A stretch of DNA of 64,000 bases from the NCBI GenBank assembly GCA_044892505.1, contig CM097882.1:253952001-254016000 (forward strand), written 5' to 3'. Shown piece by piece: positions 28,500 to 40,289 of this stretch (the stretch's first letter is position 1; each line of letters opens with the position of its first letter). The notes beneath the pieces are model-generated. The model was given only the letters and a program-made list of their open reading frames with translations, did not search any database and was not told the origin of the DNA. Origin of the DNA: Schmidtea nova. Its lineage: Eukaryota. A program made the translations under genes and the position numbers.

Positions 28500-29099
28500 T
28501 TATTTGTAGTTCAACAATACAGAGGGTCGGATTACATTTAGTAGTTCTTGCTCGGATAGACCACTGAGCAAGTCTACCTCGATTCCTACGCGATCTGCAT
28601 ATGCGCGTCTTTCCCTGCGCTTTTTCGCTCCTAAACGATTCCGTCTCTTTGTGCGTTGTGAGCCTGCGGGAATCGTATTTGTCACTGTAGTAGTCGTGGC
28701 TACGGTCGAGGCATTCTCTGTTTGGGTGCTCGTAGTCACCGCTATCGCGTCTATCCATCGATTAAAGGTGCTAGCTCTGATCACTGGGCGTAGTTGGTCG
28801 GTGATGAAGTCGCGAGTCGATACCTTCAAATAATTCGCCAACTCCAATTTCAGGGCTGCAATCTCTCTGGCATGGTCCTCAGCTACTCGTTCTGCCCTGT
28901 ACCTAGCCTGCAGGATGGACTTAACCCGCTCTGGGTTAAACCAGGTAGTCTTAATCCGCTGATGCTCCTCATTCAGCTGCCTTAATCGATTTTCCAGGAC
29001 TCGTGAGCGCGCCTTGTGTTCTCGCGCCTCTTGCTTGAAGTCTCTGCCCTCGGTTTCCGTCATGTCTGTAAATACATCATTAATGTTAGTATCTGTCAT
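28500..29099 (-). CDS. Copy of the 199-aa LTR ORF in the 5' LTR
   Basis: Identical translation to 4936..5535. Confidence 0.55.
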   Translation of the reverse strand: MTDTNINDVFTDMTETEGRDFKQEAREHKARSRVLENRLRQLNEEHQRIKTTWFNPERVKSILQARYRAERVAEDHAREIAALKLELANYLKVSTRDFITDQLRPVIRASTFNRWIDAIAVTTSTQTENASTVATTTTVTNTIPAGSQRTKRRNRLGAKKRRERRAYADRVGIEVDLLSGLSEQELLNVIRPSVLLNYK

Positions 29100-29245
29100 G
29101 TGTCTGATTTTTCGGTCATCCTATCGTCATTAAACAGCTCTACCTTATCCTTAGGTTGTTCTCATGCACTCAAAACAAAACAAGACCGTTGCACACCGAT
29201 ACATATATTTCAATATCTAAGACAATCATTCTTTCTCGGTATCAA

Positions 29246-29881
29246 TCAATTGAATGTCCTCAATTCCTGATCGGCAGGATGCTCGTCGCGGCGAATTCCA
29301 TTCTCCCAATACATTTCTGGGGCTGGGGTCCAACTCAGCTTATCTTTGTAGATAAACACCTCCCAGAGGCGAAGCTCCTTGGGCTCGGGGTGTTGTTCCA
29401 CGGAAACACTTCCTGGTGCATTGGAATAAGTGAAGACTTCCTCAGTGTAGCGACACCGAGGCCTGTCTAGCAGCAGGTATCCTAATTGGAAAAGAGCCCT
29501 TCCGGTCATCATTTCATTGCTCAATACCCAGCGGGGTCGTCTTTGCTCGTCGAGAAATTGGAAGAACCATCTATCGGTCCTTGGTTCGGCAGGATCCATG
29601 GTGGACATCCAATCGGGGTCTCCTTCCCATCGTAATTGTATCGTGAAGGCGCAAGCCGGAACATCTGCGGCTGCACTCATATGGTGTCTTGTCCACCGCC
29701 GTAGATGTCGACGCGCAGTTTCGCTAATTCTGCGTGGGGCTTCCATTTCTCCCTCGATGGTAGGGATCCTCCTTGGCCGGACGACGGAACGGATGCGTCG
29801 TGGTTTCCGGACGACATAATCTTCCATTTTCATCTGTCGATAGGTGCTCGGACTTCTTTGATATTCTTCGGTCTTTATCAT
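29246..29881 (-). CDS. Copy of the 211-aa LTR ORF in the 5' LTR
   Basis: Identical translation to 5682..6317. Confidence 0.55.
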   Translation of the reverse strand: MIKTEEYQRSPSTYRQMKMEDYVVRKPRRIRSVVRPRRIPTIEGEMEAPRRISETARRHLRRWTRHHMSAAADVPACAFTIQLRWEGDPDWMSTMDPAEPRTDRWFFQFLDEQRRPRWVLSNEMMTGRALFQLGYLLLDRPRCRYTEEVFTYSNAPGSVSVEQHPEPKELRLWEVFIYKDKLSWTPAPEMYWENGIRRDEHPADQELRTFN

Positions 29882-31459
29882 TTTTCTGAAGACAAGAAGA
29901 TGTGATTGTGATGAATTTGTTAGGTGCGTGCAATTATTTATAATCGGCGACCTACTCGACTCAAGAGTAAAACTCTGTAGGTTGCCGTTGGTGTTTCAGT
30001 GTTAGATCGGTTCGATGTTCAAGATAGTAGGTAGGTTGTATGTTATCGTCATGTGGTTGAGTGTATTCACTATGTCAAGTTGCTTAACTGATTTGGCCAC
30101 GCAAAAATTCAGTGCAGTTTATGACAATCTGTATTCATTTATGATGATCACTTGATCATTTATTATGTTAGAATATCATCATTTCATAGACCATTTTGGT
30201 TTATATCTACAGCAATCATACTCACTCGCATCTCAGGTGTTATCTCCATACCTCATTTTCAATTAACAATGGTCACATCATCCGGGGAACATGTTCGACC
30301 CCTTACTCAGGTTAATTGGGTACAGATTGTGCTTGTATTATATTTCGTGGGACTATCCTTTGTACCCTTCGTGAGGCGTGTATATGTGTTGGGACATCCT
30401 GTGGATTCATGGTTTTACTCCGACGCTAGCACTGTCAGTCTCTGACTCACATGGCTCATGCGTTGTATATCTCTATCGTCGTCAGTGCTCAATTTATCAT
30501 GATACTTACCCTCTGCACAAAGCTGTCGTTACTCTACTTGACTTCACGAACGCTGAACACTTCCTCGTCGATCAACCCGTCTTTTATGTAAACCCATGTA
30601 CTCGATGTTGTCGTGACAGATGATACGCCCTTCAATTGCTTCTACCCATACTGAGGTTATGATGACATGAGATATCCGATGTGCCCTTCCCCCTTCCGCT
30701 TGTTAAATATTTAGAACACTTATGGTCCCGCCGCATCAGCACCTCACAACCTAAAGATTGTGTTGCGCTGAGAGGCCCCAAGAATCCGTCAGGCTGTTAG
30801 GCCTCCGGAAAACCTTATGGATTTTAATATGGATAACAATTAAAATTATGAGGGTTTAAATCAATAAGAATGCAACTCGAAATTACCTTTTATTCCAATT
30901 TACTGCTTCACAAGTTGTCTACAAGTTGCTACTGTTAATCACACTCAGTAAAAATGACACACTGTCAAACACTGATTTGACTTCAGTATTTATACTGAAC
31001 CGGTGTTGTTGGTTAGCCAATCAGCATCGAGTATGTGTGTATGTTTGCTTCATTTTTTATGTTGTCGGCTTTTTGCTGCCTAACTTAACTCGCCGATTTG
31101 TTTGGTTAATCATGCGGTAAGTTTTTCTTAGTCATCAATTTATTTTATTTTATTTTTGTTTATAGGTCTTTGGTGACATCCGCCCACGCGCTGTCATATT
31201 CCAATTTTATCTGCTTCGCATGAGTGAGTTTTGACGATTTTTGTTGTTTGATTTATATTTTATTTCTTTTAGATGTTGCCGCCTATTTTGTTACGCTTTG
31301 GTGTTGGTAATTTATTTTGTTGTTATTCTGTATTTAATTTATTTTATTGATTGTATATTATTTTCAGATGCTGCTCGATTTGGCTAGCCCAACATTATAC
31401 TTATATATCTAATGTACATGTACATATTACCATTGAATATAAAACATTAATATGTTTTG

Positions 31460-31980
31460 GCACATCTATGAATCTATGATATTACAATCAAAAATTTACT
31501 CTACGCGATTTTTTAGAGGCAAATTCTTCAATCGCCCCTTCAATATTTAAGGAATCAGCAATTTCACTTTCAATTGCAATAATTGATATAATTCTGAGAC
31601 GTTCTTGAGTCATTGAAGTTCTCAGGTGGTTTTTGATATTTTTTATTTTGAAAAACTTCGCTCTCCAGATGCAACAGATACTGGAACTGTCAGTAAAAGT
31701 TTTAAACTTGTGGCGACATTTGGAAAAGAAGTCTCCAAGTTATATTTGTATAAAAACTTTATGAGTTCTTCGGGCTGCTTTCTGTCTTTTATGATAATTT
31801 TTAGAGAAATTAACTCTTGATATAATTCTACGCCACTGATATCACAAGATTCACCATCTTTAAATTTATTATGGAGATCGAAACAACTTTTTTTTATTTC
31901 CTCATGTTCCATACCAATAAATTTGTATAGAAATACAAATCATTGTTCGAAATTTGACAAAGTTTCAAAACAGGTGGTAA
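31460..31980 (-). pseudogene. hAT transposase C-terminal dimerisation domain remnant
   Basis: FPNVATSLKLLLTVPVSVASGERSFSK, then frameshifted KNHLRTSMTQERL...IAIESEIA. Disrupted. Confidence 0.85.
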
Positions 31981-34207
31981 GAGATGAAATTGCTGTATCT
32001 AGTATTACATAGAAAAAATTAATTTGAAAATGTTCTTTTGGAGTAAATTGAATATCTATCAGCGAATTCTATTGTAGATCTTTAGTTCCCACATTCATTT
32101 CTAACTCCGATTCTCACCGCAAGTGATCCCTATATGACATCAATGTCACACACTATTGGAGGATCATCCTATTTAAACTAAAAAGTTTACCCAAAAAAAA
32201 ACAATGTGCTGGGATTTCTCCTTCATTTGGCCCCTGTGATTCATACAAAAGAAAATAGGAAAATATTTCCCGGCCGGCTTCAATTACATTTGTCTGAATG
32301 TCTGAATACATCCATGTTTCTCAGCATATAACAATCTCATTATGGTGGACTCTAATGACTTGACAATAGTCAATCGTCATTTTGCAGGGCTTTTTCATCG
32401 GATTGACTAATAACCGCTTATGTTGATTAATTTTACACTTTATGTGGACGGTTATGGTAAAAAATTGAAATTTTACTATAAAAATCATAAGATAATATTT
32501 CGTTCTGTTGTTGCTTTTCAATAGTATGCATGATTTATTTAATTTTTTTTTGGTTGGGTGATGTCACAATCTTATAACTATTGCAGGTCAGTAGATGTAT
32601 GGGGTTATGCTTGGATAGTGTTGCATAATATTTGGGCAAGACGTCCGGGTATAGAATGCGTGAGGGAAGGTGGGAATGAGTGCGAGGAAGAATATCGTGG
32701 GAATGTAGATTTCTGATTATAGTATTCAGGTGAGACTTGTGAATAAAAAGGGGTTGTGAATTTCAATGGGAATTTAGTATGGATGTGGGCGTGTTGTGGT
32801 TCGGTGAGGTAAATTGAAATAAGTTTAGAGGCGTGTGTATGTATATTCTATAGTAAGTTTGAAATGAATGGCCTATTGTTATGATTTTAGGTGATTGTAT
32901 GTGTTGGTATGATGGGAATGATGCTACCGCGATATGCGATAAACAATGGATGTGATTGTATGAATACTTAGGGGGGTTGTCTGGATGTATGATGCTAGGG
33001 GATACTGTGAGATGAAATCACGTTGTGTATGTTGGTGAGTGGATGTATTGTTTATTGTATTATTTAGCATAGAAAATCCTATTGATTGAAATGTGGTCGT
33101 ATGTGTGTGTGTTGCATTTAACTGATTATTGCATATGGTATTAGTTTGGATGGTGTTAATGAATGGTGTGGATGTATTGCTTTGCAAATATGGATGTATT
33201 ATATTTTTATAATATCGTGGGGGTTAATTTATTAACTAATAAATTACATAAATATATAATTAAAATTTTACAATAAAGCAATAATTTTATTATCTATAAA
33301 TCTTTTTAGTTAAATTTTTAAAATTTGAATTTTATGAAGTACAATAAAATTTTCGATTTACACTTTTTATATAAAATTTAAAAAAATTTAATTTAATTTT
33401 TCCAACTAATATGAGGACTCGATTTATAAATTTTTTAATATTTTTAAAAAGAATAAAAGTTTTGGTGCTTTAAATTTTTCCGTGATATAATTCTCAGAAG
33501 CAAATTTTGGTTTTATAATTATATTTTTCATTTTTACACAATAAATAAAATTTTAATTCATAAATTTTCCAAACTATTTTATAATAAAGAAATAACTTAA
33601 AATTTATACACCGTCATACAAATGCTTTTATAATAAAATTCTGGATCGGTAATTTTTCACAAGGATTCAAATCTGCTGATCTAAAGTAAGTTTCACACTA
33701 AATTTTTGATTTCAGCTTTTGTATCTTCATGCGGTTATCATTCAAAATCAACTCTATAATTTGTAATAGTTTTCGACATCAAGTAAGGTGAATTTCGTTT
33801 TCGTTTGAGCGTGAATTTCCCGATCAAAGTGCACGCGAATTTTTCGAGACACTTCACTTGAGAACTTCAGGCTCCCGAAACCAAGGTTCACTGGAGTAAA
33901 TTAGTTAGATAACTATACATTTAATGAAGTTTAGTTCGAATCAATCAATACTTGACTTCATATTTCGTTTCGTGGTGATTATTTTATCAGTTTTGAGCAT
34001 TATTTTGAACGATTCTCTTTTCAATATTGGCTTTTAATAATAATAATTATAATAATAATTATAATAATTATAATTATAATAATAATTATAATTTTTTATA
34101 AACAATTGTGTTATTGTGTTATTGGTTATAAAATAAATTTTGATCTATAGTCATCATAATGAGAATTATTGATAATAATAATAAAAAAAAATCAAAGGTG
34201 AAAAAAG

Positions 34208-34252
<45 letters not shown>

Positions 34253-34829
34253 GAGGAATATTTTGTTTTGCAAAAAATGCAACTTTTATTTCGTCGTTGC
34301 TGGAGGTTTTTTTATTGGAGGATTTTCTGCTGGTTCTGTGTGTATTGCTGGGTGAAATGCTCGTCTGTGTGCGAGTGGTTTTTTCGATGAAATTGATTTG
34401 AATTTTTTATTTTCTATTAGAACTATATTTTGATTTAATTTTTCGTGGTTTAATCGATTCATTTGAATTAATTGGAATTGATTTTGAAGGCCTTTTTTAT
34501 TATTATAACTATTTTGACTGAATTAATTCTTTTGTTTTGTCGGATCATTGGATTAATTTTAATTGGAGTGGATTTTGATTTGACTGCTTTTTTGGAATAA
34601 AAGGATTTGGACGATTTGATTTGCTTATCCAAATCAATTTGATTAATAAAATTTTGTAAACTTTTGGTGAATTTGAAAATTATAAAAGTGATTCTTAATT
34701 TGATTTTAAATTTGAAAAAAATGGAATTTGGTAATCCAAAAATCGATATCTGTCAGTAGGTAGATGTGTGGAGTCAAACACAAAGAAATGCGTGGGCGTA
34801 AAAATTCAAACAAAGACTTTTTAATTACC

Positions 34830-35156
34830 AATAATTATTGGAAATACGCGCGAATAAATAAATTAAAATAATATCAAACTGTACATCATAGTTTTAATTT
34901 CTTGTAAAAAACAATGCGGGTTATCAAAATTCATGTTCTAAATAAAATTTTACAATTTAAAATACCACAACGTAAAATATTTATAAAGTACCACAACGTA
35001 ATAAAAGTTGGTATATATCTATTACATTTACTAACAAACATATCCATCATAACATATATTCAAGCTTTTGAATATTTAATAATTTCATTGCAAAATATAA
35101 AAAATGGTCTGAAATTATATATAACTTAAATTACTTCATCTCTTCATCTTTTAAAA

Positions 35157-35203
<47 letters not shown>

Positions 35204-36031
35204 TCAATAGCTTTAATATATAATGTATCTATACATTCAAAAAGGTTATTTACTTTACATGTTAATTATTTAATATATAATAAAATTTTAACTAATAAAA
35301 TTTTAACTCTGATGATATGTATATAACAAAACTAAAAAGAAAAACTCAATATCTTTACTATACATTCAAAAAGATTATTTACTTAACATGTTTATTATTT
35401 AAAATAGCAACTATACTAATAAAATTTTAACTCAAATGTTATATAACAAAACTAAAAAACTATTAAAATATTTTTATTTCATGAAAAATCTTTCAATTCT
35501 CTGACTTGATTGAGCAATCTTTCATTTTCTATTTTCAATTTTATTATCTGAATGTTCTTTTTTCGAAGCTTGCTAATTAATCTTTCTTTCGAGTCCAAGT
35601 AAGAATTTATTATGTTCTGTAATTCTTCAATTGGACTGTTGATTTCTTTATATTTTTCTAATAAATATTATAATAATAATAACTTTATAAAAATAAATAT
35701 AAATTTACTTGTACGTTTACTTGAAAGTTTAGGACTTTCAGGCATCGAAACTCCATTTATTGAAATAGGTTCATTAACTTCATTATCATTATATTGTTCA
35801 GAATTCATGGTTTAAAATGAATTACTTATAAAATTGTAATAGATATATACCAACTTTTATTACGTTGTGGTACTTTATAAATATTTTACGTTGTAGTATT
35901 TTAAATTGTAAAATTTTATTTAGAACATGAATTTTGATAACCCGCATTGTTTTTTACAAGAAATTAAAACTATGATGTACAGTTTGATATTATTTTAATT
36001 TATTTATTCGCGCGTATTTCCAATAATTATT
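34830..36031. repeat. ~200-bp inverted repeat pair (34830-~35027 and ~35836-36031), foldback/MITE-like
   Basis: AATAATTATTGGAAATACGCGCG...GGTATATATCTATTACA is reverse-complemented at ~35836-36031. Confidence 0.75.
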
Positions 36032-36158
36032 TTGTCACAGACTATATATTTCCAATAATTATTTCACATTTTTGGTACAGACTATATATTTCCAATAACT
36101 ATTTCAACATTTTATTTTGTCACAGACTATCATTTTATTATTATATTAATTTCATGCT

Positions 36159-38029
36159 AGCAGAACATTTAGTATCAGAACCTATTCTGTGATGGTTTTT
36201 ATCTGCTAAAGCTTATTACTCGAACATTTATTGCAATTCATTCAGCATCATTTGTTCTAATATTTTCACCAATTAATATTTTCTCTATTGTTTTTCCTCA
36301 TTTTAATGTAGAATTTACTCTAACAATTTATTGTCACTCGTATAATTTTCATTAAATTTATCCACTAGCAGAACATTTCGAACAGAACCTTTAGTAACAG
36401 AACATCTTTTGTGATGGTTTTTATGTGCAAAAGCTTATTATTCACACATATACTAAAATAACAATCATTAGCATATGAGCTTCGATCAATGTAACAGACA
36501 AATTGTGAAAGCATATTACATTTACTGATACACTTTTAATGAGAATTATTATGTGAATATTTGTTGTTTGATGAATTGCTATGTATTTTTGATGAATTTT
36601 ATTGTATTTGTGATATTTTGTGGAGATTTTCTTGTAATTACGCTTTAGAATTATGATATTTCATATATTTAATGATACTTTGTGATGACATTTCATATAT
36701 ATTTGATATGTATTTCAATTGTATTTGTGATATTTTGTGATATTTTGTACATGAATATCTATGTATTTTGTGATGAAATTTCATATGATCTATTTTTAAT
36801 ATGTTATCAAACTATAGTAAGATAATATTTGATGTATCTAATATCATTTTGTGAATATTTTAATGTATTTCCACTATAGTATGACGATATTTCATGCATT
36901 TAACCTCATTTTAAAGTAGAATTTACTGTAATGTTTGAAAGATTTATTTCCATTCATATAACTTTCATTAATTTTATACTGTAGCAGAACATGACTAGCA
37001 GAACATTTAGTAGCAGAACCCTAGTATCAGAACATCTTTTGTGATGGTTTTTATGTGCAGCAGCTTATTACTTGAACAATTATTACTGTTACATTAAGGT
37101 ATGTTGATATATGATATTATATTTTGTATGTGTAATGAACTTTTGTATGTGATAATATTTCATATATGTGTTGATATTTGTGATGATATATCAGATATTT
37201 TCAGATATTTTTTATGTAATGACACTAGTATGTAGATATTTCTTTAATGATTATTGTTGTGAATTTGATGAATTTCTGTGTATTTTTATGATTTTCTATG
37301 TACTTTGTGATGATATTTAATATGATCTTTTTTTAATATTTTGTATAATTTTGATGATTTCTATATATATTTTTTCTATGTTATCAAACTATAGTAAGAT
37401 AATATTTGATGTATCTAATATCATTTTGTGAATATTTTAATGTATTTCCACTATAGTATGACGATATTTCATGCATTCAACCTCATTTTAAAGTAGAATT
37501 TACTGTAATGTTTGAAAGATTTATTTTCATTCATAATACATTGTTACATTTTCATCAAATTTATTCAGTAGCAGAACATTGCTAGCAGAACATTGCGAAC
37601 AGAACCCTAGTAGCAGAACCTATTCTGTGATGGTTTTTATCTGCCAAAGCTTATTACTCGAACATTTATTACTGTTTAATTATTGTGTGATGATATATGT
37701 AATTATATTTTGCATGTGTAATGGACTTTTGATATTTTGTATGTGATAATTTTCTAAGTATGTTATTATATACTTTGTGCATGTATGATAATATTTCATG
37801 TGTTGATATTTGTGATGATATTTCATATAATTTTGATATTTCTGTATATTCATTATGTAATTGCACAAGTATGTAGATATTTCTTTAATGAGTATTGTTG
37901 TGAATTTGATTTAATTTCTGTATATTTTTTGATGATTATCTATTTAATTGTACTATAGTGTGATGATATTTAATGTATGTAATGATACTTTGTAATGATA
38001 TCCTTTGTATGTATGACACATTTTATTTT

Positions 38030-38092
<63 letters not shown>

Positions 38093-39420
38093 ACACTAGT
38101 ATGATAATATTTCATGCATTTGACTGACTATAACATGACAAATTTTCATGTGAATGATATCCTTTGTGTATGTATGATATTTCTTTTAATTACTAAGTGT
38201 ATTTGGAATATATCATGATAATATTTTGTCTGTATTTACATTAAAGTATGATGATATTTCATGTATGTAAAGATATTTTGTGATGATATTTCATATATGT
38301 AATGATATCCTTTGTGTATAGGATTTATCTCTATGTACTTTTGATATTTTATATGTAGATATTTCATGTATGTTATAACATTTTGTGTAGTAAAATTTCA
38401 TGTATGTAATGATACTTGTATGTATTTTAATAATTTTCTATGTATTTCAATGTATTTCGATGTTATCAAACAATAATGTTATAATCTTTACTGTATTGTC
38501 TTTGTGAATCTTTGATATTTTATGAGCATATTTCATATATTTTGTGAGTATGTCTAATGTTGAGGCACTGTAATGTGATAATATTTTGTGTATATGTTTG
38601 TATATTTCTTTGTAGTTTACATAAAAGTAAAATAATATTTCATATATATATGATAAACTTTTGTGCAATGTGATAATTTGGCACTGGTGATAATATTCTT
38701 TTTATGATTATTATTGTATGTATTTCTAGTGTGTAAATATTTCCTATAATTTTGTGTGTATTTTGTGATGATATTTCATGTATCTTTGCTATTTTCTATG
38801 TAATTTGCACTATAATATTATTTCATGCATGTGATAATCTGTAATGATATTTCTTATATATGATATTTTGTATGTATGATGAATCTATATATCTGTGAAA
38901 GTTTCTGTATTTTGAGGATATTTCATGTATTTTTATGTTATCAAACTATAGTAAGATGAAATTTTATGTATGTTTGTATTTCAGATATTTTGTATGTATA
39001 TTTATTCACTATAGTATGGTGATATTTTGTACGTGTGTGATAAATTTCTATGTATTTTGAATGTATTTTTGATAATATTTCATAAATATGATGTTTTTGT
39101 ATGTGACGAATTTCTATATACTTTTCATATTTTGTGTGTAACTTTGATGATTTTCTATGTAATTGCGCAAGTATGTAGATATTTCATGTATGTAATAATA
39201 TTTTGTGATAATATTTCATGTAATGTATATTTCCTATATTTTTGATATATTTGTACTATAATTTAAGAATAATATGTGTGATTATCTCAATAGTATAATA
39301 ACTTTTCATGTATTTATCATAGTGACAGAACATTTAGTAGCAGAACATTGCGAGCAGAACCCTAGTAGCAGAACCTATTCTGTGATGGTTTTGATGTGCA
39401 AAAGGTCATTACTTGAACAT
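36159..39420. repeat. AT-rich degenerate satellite with ~5 copies of an ~85-bp module (TAGCAGAACATT...GTGATGGTTTT...AAAGCTTATTACT)
   Basis: Copies near 36160, 36366, 36985, 37570 and 39326; inverted copies near 41330-41420 and 41700-41745. Confidence 0.75.
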
Positions 39421-39592
39421 ATTTCTAATAATAAATATACTGTTACCTAATTTTCAATGTCACTTATCAACATTTCAATGTAACAGTTTAGCAAAACTTT
39501 CAATCATTGGTTGGTCAATAATATGGTTGGTTATTAAATTGGTTGATTTTTGCAATATAAATACAACTTGTAAATAGTATTGATTGACGAAA

Positions 39593-40201
39593 ATGAATAA
39601 AGAAACAAATAAAGAAACAATTAAAGTTAGTTTTAAAAATATATATATATATATATATATATTTAAATTAATTATTTTAAACTAGGTTACAGATAATTTC
39701 ATTACTTTGGACAATTGGATCCAATCCTTTTTAATACTTGATGACCTTTTAACTTCGATTGAGAAATGCGATATCGACATTCTTTCAAAATTATTTAAAT
39801 CCTTCAATAATAAATTAATTATCGGTTTAACAGAATCATTCGGATATGATAAATCCATGATGAAATTATCCAGTTTTATTATGATTCTTAATGATATTGA
39901 TTCTACTGAATTTAATTTGAATACCATTTTCTGGTCATGTATGGAATTTCGACTTGGAAAATATCGTACTATTATTCGAACTTTCATGCTGAATGTGGAT
40001 ATTTTAGAGGTAAATGTAACCAAGAAATTGGAAGAAATCAAACAAAGATTTCTCACATGTTCAATATGTAATATAAATAGAGTTGGCATTTTATATTTAC
40101 CTTGTGGACATGTCATTATTTGTTCAAAATGTTTAAAAAATATTGATAAGTGTGAGTCTTGTGGTATTAATATTGATGAATATCATGTGATATACATATA
40201 A
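39593..40201 (+). CDS. Two-exon IAP/MDM2-type RING finger protein (exon 1 39593-39625, intron 39626-39685, exon 2 39686-40201); no BIR domain seen
   Basis: C-terminal CSICNINRVGILYLPCGHVIICSKCLKNIDKCESC...VIYI*. The phase-0 GT-AG intron joins MNKETNKETIK|VTDNF in frame; TATAAATA at 39556. Confidence 0.75.
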
Positions 40202-40289
40202 TGTCATACAAAATATATGTATTTTCATTTAATTTATTTTTATCATTGGCTAAGAGAATGCACTTTGTGATTAATACTTAGTCTTTTTA

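Larger units (their letters stand above)
4549..31394 (-). mobile_element. Giant (26,846 bp) full-length, env-bearing Ty3/Gypsy LTR retroelement
   Basis: TG...CA LTRs at 4549-7830 and 28113-31394 (offset 23,564; no difference seen by eye, and the ORF track is identical). 4-bp TSD TTAT at 4545-4548 and 31395-31398, PBS, and PR-RT-RH-IN domain order. Confidence 0.96.
28113..31394 (-). repeat. 5' LTR of giant element (3,282 bp)
   Basis: Direct repeat of 4549-7830, adjacent to the PBS. Confidence 0.96.

Noticed and set aside
28113-31394. 3.3-kb duplication as an assembly artefact
   Set aside because: TG...CA ends, a 4-bp TSD, an adjacent PBS and rejoining hAT flanks all fit genuine LTRs.
31980-32560. 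Upstream hAT transposase and second hAT TIR
   Set aside because: No further transposase motifs or matching CGGCCCTG terminus were found.
32560-34720. Possible LTR/5'UTR of the BEL element, or a third Maverick end (AGTAG at 32590)
   Set aside because: No partner LTR or TIR, TSD or clear PBS is visible within the window.
36159-39420. Recurring ~85-bp module as a CRISPR-like array
   Set aside because: Spacing is irregular, the intervening sequence is itself repetitive, the context is eukaryotic and there are no cas genes.
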